From the IMG/VR virus record IMGVR_UViG_3300008259_005066, positions 145,519 through 209,518 of that record: 64,000 nt of DNA. One strand, written 5' to 3'. This document shows positions 56,986-64,000 of this stretch, piece after piece (within the stretch, counting starts at the first letter, position 1; every line of letters starts with the position of its first letter). Below the pieces are notes generated by a model. The model did not search any database. It was not told where the DNA came from and saw only the letters and a program-made list of their open reading frames with translations. The position numbers and the translations under genes were made by a program.

Positions 56986-58476
56986 TTACATATATCTCAT
57001 GGCTTTTGCAATCTCAGAGTGACTTGCTGAAAAACTTTCACTTCGAACCTGATCAAAATATTGCATTTTAGATTGAAACTTCTTGCCATCACTGTCAGGC
57101 AAATTTTGTATTATCTTAATAACATTTTGGATTTCATTCCAGGGGTGATCTTGAAACTTGTCAATAATAATTTTTTTGGCTTCTTTTGTAAGATCCTGTA
57201 GCTCCATTCCTTCACCTTGCACATGGTTAACAAATATAGGAAAACCATGTTTGCAAGCCCAGTCGTAGACTTGGTCTATGTAGTAAACGCTCATGACACT
57301 GATAGTGGGCATGATACTAATAGACAGGTTGGGTAACTGTAAATCTTTGAGCCTTAGTATGTTGTCCTCAACTTCAGACCACTGACCGCCTCTTTGTAGT
57401 TCAAAATGTGAACCAACAGCATCAATACTAAAATGTATGTCTACCAGTTTAAAACTAGGCCAAACAGGTAGCAAATGATTGGGCCAAATGGATCCGTTGC
57501 TGTTGTAGTGTAATCTAATGTCCTTGGCGTAGTCTTTTTCAACTGCCATCTCCAACACCGATTTAAAACGTTTAATCAAAAACGGCTCGCCGCCAAACAT
57601 GTCAATATTTTTTATGTCAGGCAAGTACGTTAGAACTTGATCAATAAAATCTTGACTCTCCCCCCAAGCATCTTGTACAACTAACTTAGATCCGCGGAAC
57701 TTTTGATCTTCAAGGGCAAACAACGAGCTGTTTCCACCGTTACATATCCTGCATTTGAAATTACAGGTGTTATTAAACTTCAAATCTAATGTAGCTACTC
57801 TTGGTTGATCAAGATATTTGGTTAAAAATTCTCTCTTTAAATGCTTGACATTGTGCAGTCTAATAGAAGTTAGATTTTTTTCTTCCACTTTCCAGCAGTT
57901 GTCGCACTCTTTTGGTTTTTCTCCAGCCAATAAACTAGCCCTTAACTTTTGTAGTTTTTCGTCATGGAACGCTTGATCTAGTTTGATACGGTTGACGTTA
58001 CCAAGATCAAGATTGTTCATGCAACAAGGAGTAATAGTTCCGTTTTGTGTTATCTGTAAGTTGTGCCAGGGTATAGAACAAATAGTATCGGGTAAATTAA
58101 AGTTGTTTTCAATCTTGTGTGTTTGTTTGTCTAACTCAACTGGGTGGAACCAAATTGGAACAGAGTCAAGTGAAAACTTTTTACAACACGACAACACGTC
58201 GTGCTCAATTTCTTTTGGCCCACATATCATTATGAACCAGTTGCTGATATCTATAAAATTGATAGTTTCGTAAAAGAACTGTAGAAAACTCTCAGGAATA
58301 AAATGTGAAGTGTAAAAAACCAACCGATCGTTTGTCTCGTAACTAGTTTGGTAAACACTGTCTAGTAGCTTAAACAACTCCGTGGGGCCGGTTGACAGCT
58401 TGCCAAGATCGTGAATTACTTTGACGTTGTGGGTTGACTTTAGTTGGTGTTCTAACTCTAGGGTGGAAATAATCAT
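56986..58476 (-). CDS. Radical SAM protein with N-terminal extension and SPASM/twitch-like Cys motifs
   Basis: CSIPW...NG..TPCC...CDNCW, then NTCNFKCRIC, FGGEPF, YNSNGS, FSIDAVG. Confidence 0.85.
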   Translation of the reverse strand: MIISTLELEHQLKSTHNVKVIHDLGKLSTGPTELFKLLDSVYQTSYETNDRLVFYTSHFIPESFLQFFYETINFIDISNWFIMICGPKEIEHDVLSCCKKFSLDSVPIWFHPVELDKQTHKIENNFNLPDTICSIPWHNLQITQNGTITPCCMNNLDLGNVNRIKLDQAFHDEKLQKLRASLLAGEKPKECDNCWKVEEKNLTSIRLHNVKHLKREFLTKYLDQPRVATLDLKFNNTCNFKCRICNGGNSSLFALEDQKFRGSKLVVQDAWGESQDFIDQVLTYLPDIKNIDMFGGEPFLIKRFKSVLEMAVEKDYAKDIRLHYNSNGSIWPNHLLPVWPSFKLVDIHFSIDAVGSHFELQRGGQWSEVEDNILRLKDLQLPNLSISIMPTISVMSVYYIDQVYDWACKHGFPIFVNHVQGEGMELQDLTKEAKKIIIDKFQDHPWNEIQNVIKIIQNLPDSDGKKFQSKMQYFDQVRSESFSASHSEIAKAMRYM

Positions 58477-59489
58477 AGCGCCTGATATATTTGGAGTAAT
58501 AGTTTAGGATCGTAGAACTCTGATTCTATCTTGGTGATCTGATCTGTGACGATCTGATCCACTGATTCAAATTTCACATCTCCGGGAGCCATGTCTTCTT
58601 CCAAGGCAGATCGCTTGTTGGGTATCAGGGCCATTTCTCGCAGGCCATGCTTGACGATAAATGTGTCTTTGATGAAAGTGGCTTCTTCATAGGATATTTC
58701 GATGTCTAGTTGCACACGCACATGCATGTTGGGCTTCAAGATTTGTTCAGCGTTGTCAATGACATGGCTGAGATCCCAGACATTGTATAAGGGCTGTTCG
58801 GGCCATGCATGATATTCGGGTTGCTTGCCCCACTCCAATATCATGCAGCCACGATTGGCATCACCAGCATCGGCAAAGTTGTGCGGAAACGCATTGCCAA
58901 TGTAGTTGATGTTGTTTTTGTGTTGTCGAAGATGAAAGTGACCAGAAAACACTTGATCGATATGTCCAAAATGATCTACCTGTATGGTTCCATGATCGGG
59001 CATTTCTACCATGGCATTCATTTTGAAGTGTGGCAGTTCAAAATGACCAAACATGTATTTGGCATTCAATTTTTCGATGCGTCGGTGTTCGTCTCCGACC
59101 AACCAAGGAGCAATGACAACATCACCTTCTTGGAACCAATCGTTGCAGATATGTATGTTGGGCAAGTGCCGGGCCCAGGCCGCACCGTGGATATCCCGTT
59201 TGTCGCGATAATACAGATCGTGATTGCCCGGAATAAAAAAGAACTGAGAGAATGCTTTGCTTAGTTTTTCCAATGCTTGTAGACTGAAGTTCAGTGTTTG
59301 TAAGTTGATAGCCGCACGATGGTGATGCCAGTCACCCAAGAACATGCCGGTTTCGCAACCGTGTTCCTTGCCCTGGGCGATGATCCAATCTACAAACTGC
59401 TCGCAATCTTGATTGTGCAACAGGCTATTCGATTTCAGTCCAAAATGGATGTCAGTGAAGACTATGGCTTTTTTAAATAGATTGGTCAT
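58473..59489 (-). CDS. gp47: Recombination endonuclease nuclease subunit (gp47, Mre11/SbcD-like)
   Basis: Metallophosphoesterase motifs TDIHFG, LGDWHH, PGNHD, GHFE, FSGHFH. Confidence 0.93.
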   Translation of the reverse strand: MTNLFKKAIVFTDIHFGLKSNSLLHNQDCEQFVDWIIAQGKEHGCETGMFLGDWHHHRAAINLQTLNFSLQALEKLSKAFSQFFFIPGNHDLYYRDKRDIHGAAWARHLPNIHICNDWFQEGDVVIAPWLVGDEHRRIEKLNAKYMFGHFELPHFKMNAMVEMPDHGTIQVDHFGHIDQVFSGHFHLRQHKNNINYIGNAFPHNFADAGDANRGCMILEWGKQPEYHAWPEQPLYNVWDLSHVIDNAEQILKPNMHVRVQLDIEISYEEATFIKDTFIVKHGLREMALIPNKRSALEEDMAPGDVKFESVDQIVTDQITKIESEFYDPKLLLQIYQAL

Positions 59490-59490
59490 G

Positions 59491-60639
59491 TTATTGTAGA
59501 TATCTTTCGATCATATCAATGGTATCCGGCCATAAAACGTTGAACTTTAGATCTGACCAGGAGTCATACCACTGAACTTTTTCATAGAAATTCTTTTTGT
59601 TGACAGTGTTTTTGCTGTGAGATTCGATCAGCCCTTGGCGAATCGACTGTAACCCAGAGATAGGATATAGATCAGCATCTATGCCATGGGTCTGTGCGTG
59701 CCAGGTTGATATGCGATCCAGAACGTTCACCAGTTGTTGTTTGATAGGAGTTGGCATGTTGAACGCACTGATTTCAGGATGTCCGGCGATCGGCATCAAC
59801 GTTATTTTTTTCACACCGTGTTCATGATAGTATCGCACGATATCGTAAAGATCCAACGCATTGAACATGCTGTAAACCATGTTGAAACTCACGCTGTCGG
59901 GCCAATACTGTAACACCAACTTTAAGTTGGCAAGAAATCTATCCCATTGTATGCCGTTGCGCACATACTCCAATTGCTGTCCAATATTCTCGATGCTGAT
60001 GTTCCATATGACATTGTTTCGAGGTCGCCGTAGCAGATCTTCAAAACATGGCAGCGTGGCTAGGTCGTAGGCAAAATTGGTTATGATGCTGATCCTACAA
60101 TCTTGTGGTAATTGTTTTAGCAACTCATAATTTTGTTTCATCAACATGGGCTCACCGCCCACTAACATTAATTCCTTGAGTTCGTGTGATTTTTCAAGCA
60201 CCCATTGTAACAAATCATCCTGATAGCTTTTACGAGGAGAGGTTGTGGATACTCCCATTCGATCTTCCCAAACACTGCTGAATGTAGGCGAACAATACTG
60301 ACACGCAAGGTTACATTTGTTGTTCCATCTCACATCAACGAATCTCAGTTTGTGGGTAAAATCATCCAACGGATAGTGAGTTTGGTAATGCTGTCGCAAT
60401 GAAGCCGTGTTGTGTTGTTTGTCGTGCATGATGCATTCGGCACAGTTGCTATGCTCACGACCGTCCAACAGATAGGATTTTATTTCTTCCAAAGCGTCAG
60501 AGTGGTGCAATATCTCTCTAATAGATTTGGAATTGAGATTGCCCAGAGATGTTTTGCCTGAACAACAGGTTTTGACGTCTCCATTTTCTCTCACGGTCAC
60601 TCCTCTCCAGGGAGCCGAACAATAAATTCCACTATCCAT
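59491..60639 (-). CDS. Radical SAM protein with SPASM/twitch-like Cys motifs
   Basis: CSAPW...NGDVKTCC...CAEC, NKCNLACQYC, VGGEPM, ITNF. Confidence 0.85.
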   Translation of the reverse strand: MDSGIYCSAPWRGVTVRENGDVKTCCSGKTSLGNLNSKSIREILHHSDALEEIKSYLLDGREHSNCAECIMHDKQHNTASLRQHYQTHYPLDDFTHKLRFVDVRWNNKCNLACQYCSPTFSSVWEDRMGVSTTSPRKSYQDDLLQWVLEKSHELKELMLVGGEPMLMKQNYELLKQLPQDCRISIITNFAYDLATLPCFEDLLRRPRNNVIWNISIENIGQQLEYVRNGIQWDRFLANLKLVLQYWPDSVSFNMVYSMFNALDLYDIVRYYHEHGVKKITLMPIAGHPEISAFNMPTPIKQQLVNVLDRISTWHAQTHGIDADLYPISGLQSIRQGLIESHSKNTVNKKNFYEKVQWYDSWSDLKFNVLWPDTIDMIERYLQ

Positions 60640-60653
60640 AGAGTAGCAGTATA

Positions 60654-61541
60654 CTATTCTTCTGAAGGAGATGCGACCGCTTCGGCTGCTTTGTTATGGC
60701 TTTCCGAATACTGTCTAGTCCACGAAGGATTGAGTCCGTTCATTTCCAAGATATCATCGCGTATGTTCTGCATCTTCTTTTCTATGTTCAACACACGAGT
60801 GAAGCTATTAGTGATAGCGGCAGTATAATACGCAAAAGGGTTCTGCGATTTTGATTCATCGAACTGCAATCCGATCTGGCTGAGCTGTAGCAGGGCCTGA
60901 CCCCGCATTTCTTCGTTGTAGGTGTATCCACGCCAATTGCTCCTTGTAGCGTATCTTTCGCACAGTTTGATAAACATGTGCGCCAATTTTGGGGTCATTT
61001 TGCCATGTTCCCTGCAGAACTCGCCCCCGTCTAGACTACCCCGCCAGTGTGATTTACCCACCACAAACGGCTGTTTTTCTTCGTCCAAACGATAGTGCCA
61101 AAACGGCGGAAAATTCAATCTGACATGTGCAGTATCCAGCACAGGCACATCTACGATGTCCTCGAGCCCGTCGCTTTCCTGGGTGTCATCCAGTTCCAGC
61201 AGTTCCTCCATCTTGGCTTTTTTGGCCTGGGCTTTGGTTTGCTTTTTGGGTGCCATGGGTATGTGTTCCCAGGTAGTGATACGGAACACAAGATCGGTGT
61301 GCGGAATCTTCTTTTCGTTGACTGCTTCGCCGGTTTCTTTTTTGATCCTATCGGCCCTGTTGCGCCGGGCTTCGGCTATGGTTCGCTGATTGATCTTGGA
61401 CAGCGAAGGCAAGATGATGTCATACTGATGATCCATTTGTGGGTTCACATAGGTGCAGTATGAATTCTTGCTGTGGTGTATTTCTTTCAATATATCTTTG
61501 TTGTTGAGATAATTGGTCTTGGCTGGAGTCTTGATAGACAT
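60654..61541 (-). CDS. gp55: Late-transcription sigma factor (gp55-like)
   Basis: NYLNNKDIL, KLCERYATRSNWRGYTYNEEM, FDESKSQNPFAYYT....NSF.R.L..EKK; start MSIKTP (61541) after an AGGAGA RBS. Confidence 0.9.
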   Translation of the reverse strand: MSIKTPAKTNYLNNKDILKEIHHSKNSYCTYVNPQMDHQYDIILPSLSKINQRTIAEARRNRADRIKKETGEAVNEKKIPHTDLVFRITTWEHIPMAPKKQTKAQAKKAKMEELLELDDTQESDGLEDIVDVPVLDTAHVRLNFPPFWHYRLDEEKQPFVVGKSHWRGSLDGGEFCREHGKMTPKLAHMFIKLCERYATRSNWRGYTYNEEMRGQALLQLSQIGLQFDESKSQNPFAYYTAAITNSFTRVLNIEKKMQNIRDDILEMNGLNPSWTRQYSESHNKAAEAVASPSEE

Positions 61542-61568
61542 CGTTGATGATTCTCCTATATTGTAGTT

Positions 61569-61596
61569 ATTATACAACATTTGGCATCTTTGTCAA
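61569..61596 (-). promoter_or_regulatory. Consensus sigma70 promoter TTGACA-N16-TATAAT driving gp55
   Basis: Minus strand TTGACAaagatgccaaatgttgTATAAT. Confidence 0.8.
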
Positions 61597-61656
61597 ATCA
61601 TTTCAATCATTATGTTAGCCGTTTTGACATCCGGTAAATACATCAAGGAATCCACG

Positions 61657-63363
61657 ATGTCTACACAGGCCCAAACAAATCAAGCGGATCTCGCACTACA
61701 GCGAGCAAACCAAGAAAGGCTAGATGCGCTAGGTGCGCTGAATCGAGCACAGCGTATCCTGGCACGAGCACAAGAAGCAGGATCAGACGTTGATCCCGGT
61801 CTGCTGGCACAAGCACAAGACGGAGTCACCCAGGCCGCGGCGCGACTGGAACAGGCCGTCAATGCCTCGCAAGCGGCCCTACAGAACTATACCACGGTGT
61901 TCAACCAGCCCGACACCGATGCCGCACAGAACCCACAGGTCAACAACAACCCACCTGCGCTACCACCACCTCCGCCGCTGACCTCCGCGGCACCACCACA
62001 AGGCAATCCCCCCGATCCCACCGTTGAACCAGCAGTTACCAGTCCAGTGACAATATCCAACATCACTGCTTCTCCTCTGCCCGTGGATCAAGGTCCGCAG
62101 AGAGATCCCAACGCTGAGCCATTGGCCACAATCTCCAGACCTGGACAATTTGTTTTTGATGCCAATGGCGAACTGTTACCAGCCGACAGCGTGGTAGCAC
62201 AACAGATCGAGTTTGAACGACGCGAAGCCGATGCGGAATTCAACAGAGTGATCAATGTCCAGCCAGGTCCGTTGGGCGGCAGATTTACCGCGGTATATGA
62301 TCCCGAAACTGGCAAGTTCAACGTAGAAAATCTTGACACTGGTGAAACAGTGCAATCAGGACTCACTGACGCCCAAGCCACTAGATTGGCCGGCGAATTG
62401 TCCGAAGGCGATCCTGCATATTTTTCCCAGCGAGATGAAGATGATCCAAACGATAGCGATCTTGTTCGAGTAGCTACCGATGATGATGTGGCCCTGGCCT
62501 CGCAAGCGCAAGCACTGTTGTCACAGGCCCGCCAGCAAGCCGAAGTGTCGGAAATACGCAAGGCCAATGGCAAAGCAGTGGGCGATGGCGACTGGCGTGT
62601 GCGCTTGCGCCTGGCACCTTACGCTACCTATCTCTACAAGAATCCCGAAGGCGCAGGTATCATGGAACCCCTGCGCAACACCGATGGCGTGGTATTTCCT
62701 TATACACCGCGCATCGACATGAGTTATAACGCAGATTACAATCCCACAGATTTGGTGCATTCCAACTATCGTGGCTATTTCTACAAAGGCAGCCGGGTAG
62801 GCGAAGTGACGATCACGGCAGATTTCACAGCACAGGATTCGGCCGAGGCCGATTACCTATTGGCCACCATACACTTTTTCAGATCATGCACCAAGATGTT
62901 CTACGGTCAAGACGACGATCGCGGAGCCCCACCGCCCTTGGTATTCCTCACAGGGTTGGGCGAATTCCAATTCAATGAACATCCCTGCGTGATCAGCCAG
63001 TTCAACTACAACTTGCCCAATGATGTGGACTACATCCGGTCTCGAGGACGCCAGTCAACATCGGCCGGTGTCACACAAGGCGGCAATGGTCTGCTGTGGC
63101 GCAGACAACAGACTGGCGGACCAACCAACAGTTACAGCCTATCAAACATCTGGTCCAGATTGACTGGAGCCAACTTGCCCAAGGGAGCTATAAATTATCC
63201 CCCGGCGCCGCCCAATCTTGGATTGAATTCTCCCACCTATGTGCCCACCAAGATGCAGGCCATACTGACACTGTTGCCCATGCCCACACGCAGTCAAGTC
63301 ACGCAACAGTTCAGCCTTGATCGTTATGCCAATGGTAACTTGCTCAAAGGAGGATTCTGGTAA
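61657..63363 (+). CDS. Baseplate tube-cap-like protein (gp48-type) with long low-complexity N-terminus
   Basis: C-terminal DWRVRL, GVVFPYTP, ITADFTAQ, FFRSCTKMFYG, GAPPPLVFL.G.G...F..HPCVI.QF.Y.LP.DVDY; TAAATA at 61635-61640. Confidence 0.65.
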   Translation: MSTQAQTNQADLALQRANQERLDALGALNRAQRILARAQEAGSDVDPGLLAQAQDGVTQAAARLEQAVNASQAALQNYTTVFNQPDTDAAQNPQVNNNPPALPPPPPLTSAAPPQGNPPDPTVEPAVTSPVTISNITASPLPVDQGPQRDPNAEPLATISRPGQFVFDANGELLPADSVVAQQIEFERREADAEFNRVINVQPGPLGGRFTAVYDPETGKFNVENLDTGETVQSGLTDAQATRLAGELSEGDPAYFSQRDEDDPNDSDLVRVATDDDVALASQAQALLSQARQQAEVSEIRKANGKAVGDGDWRVRLRLAPYATYLYKNPEGAGIMEPLRNTDGVVFPYTPRIDMSYNADYNPTDLVHSNYRGYFYKGSRVGEVTITADFTAQDSAEADYLLATIHFFRSCTKMFYGQDDDRGAPPPLVFLTGLGEFQFNEHPCVISQFNYNLPNDVDYIRSRGRQSTSAGVTQGGNGLLWRRQQTGGPTNSYSLSNIWSRLTGANLPKGAINYPPAPPNLGLNSPTYVPTKMQAILTLLPMPTRSQVTQQFSLDRYANGNLLKGGFW

Positions 63364-63662
63364 TGGCCATATATGCAAGCACTAGTGCTTATTTTACCAC
63401 GCCCAAAAATGGTGTGTATCTTGACTTCATGACCAATCGGCCCATCCCCAAACAGGCCGACGACATCCTGTTCCGCATCAATGCCACTTACAATCTGCGC
63501 CCGGATCTCTTGGCCTATGACCTTTATCAAGATGCTGGTCTGTGGTGGGTGTTTGCCCAGCGCAATCCCAACACTCTGCCTGATCCGCTGTATGATTTCC
63601 GTGATGGTGTGCAGATCTACTTGCCCAAGATAACCACCCTCAAAGCCGCCCTGGGATTCTAA
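63363..63662 (+). CDS. Baseplate wedge LysM-like protein (gp53/gpX-like)
   Basis: YNLRPDLLAYDLYQDAGLWWVFAQRNP...G..IYLP. Confidence 0.75.
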   Translation: MAIYASTSAYFTTPKNGVYLDFMTNRPIPKQADDILFRINATYNLRPDLLAYDLYQDAGLWWVFAQRNPNTLPDPLYDFRDGVQIYLPKITTLKAALGF

Positions 63663-63665
63663 TCG

Positions 63666-64000
63666 ATGGCAGCCACTTTTATCCTGAGCCAGTCCGCGGC
63701 CATTGTCGATCTAGATCAAGCCGATCGGCAATTGGGCACAGCAGTGAGGCTCACTGGCGATCTTGGAGCTGCTGTGGCCACGCGATCCGTCACCCGTGCA
63801 GAGAATCTGTTTGGGCAGGTCAATACCTATCTGGGGCTGGCCGAATCCAGCAACAGTCGAGCATTCGCCCAAATACAAGACATGGGCCGCCAGAGCACCA
63901 ATGAACTAGAGCGTCAAAATACCCGGAGCCTCAGTGCCCGTTATGACGCTGTGGAGGCAGGCATCGACGGCACCCGTAGAGAAGGCAGCGAAAGGATCAA
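63666..64000 (+). CDS. Partial ORF (MAATFILSQSAAIVDLD...), probably the next baseplate gene
   Basis: ATG at 63666, open to the window end. Confidence 0.55.
   Translation, partial: MAATFILSQSAAIVDLDQADRQLGTAVRLTGDLGAAVATRSVTRAENLFGQVNTYLGLAESSNSRAFAQIQDMGRQSTNELERQNTRSLSARYDAVEAGIDGTRREGSERI

Larger units (their letters stand above)
713..61640. promoter_or_regulatory. Family of T4-type late promoters TAA(A/G)TA, about 20 copies
   Basis: Minus strand at 713, 2290, 4935, 9588, 10083, 10894, 12800, 16157, 18516, 25642, 29754, 33388, 38479, 39886, 41360, 42585, 46517, 46824, 48619, 51038; plus strand at 2312, 16215, 21151, 51022, 61635. Nearly all lie just upstream of a gene start and in its orientation; consistent with the encoded gp55. 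Confidence 0.85.

Overview
A 64-kb piece of a large T4-related myovirus (Tevenvirinae-like core, environmental type), covering almost the whole late/virion region and the start of the replication region. Recognisable core genes: terminase (gp17-like), head completion nuclease (gp4), tail tube and sheath (gp19, gp18), neck and tail terminator (gp13, gp14, gp15), portal-core-protease-scaffold-major capsid (gp20, gp67-like, gp21, gp22, gp23), tape measure, gp26/gp51-like hub chaperones, Mre11/Rad50-like gp47/gp46, late sigma factor gp55 and baseplate genes. There is also a ~14-kb array of Gly/Asn/Thr-rich fibre genes. About 20 TAA(A/G)TA late promoters, three sigma70-type promoters and four intrinsic terminators are visible, and many promoters sit only 4-8 nt from the ATG. 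Accessory genes: amidinotransferase, three radical SAM proteins (one split from its SPASM-like domain), an ATE/Bpt-like aminoacyl-transferase in a three-gene module, Maf/glycosyltransferase-like genes flanking the fibres, Nudix, dNMP kinase and several nucleases. The most unusual signals are: (1) a ~430-nt hairpin-dense non-coding element fused to the 3' end of a stand-alone GIY-YIG nuclease gene; (2) a canonical -1 slippery site that would make both gp26-like and gp51-like proteins from one locus; (3) a compact three-hairpin leader on a structural gene; (4) frame breaks in the tail sheath gene and the largest fibre gene. No tRNA, rRNA or CRISPR array was seen. All family assignments come from motif recognition by eye; no searches were run.
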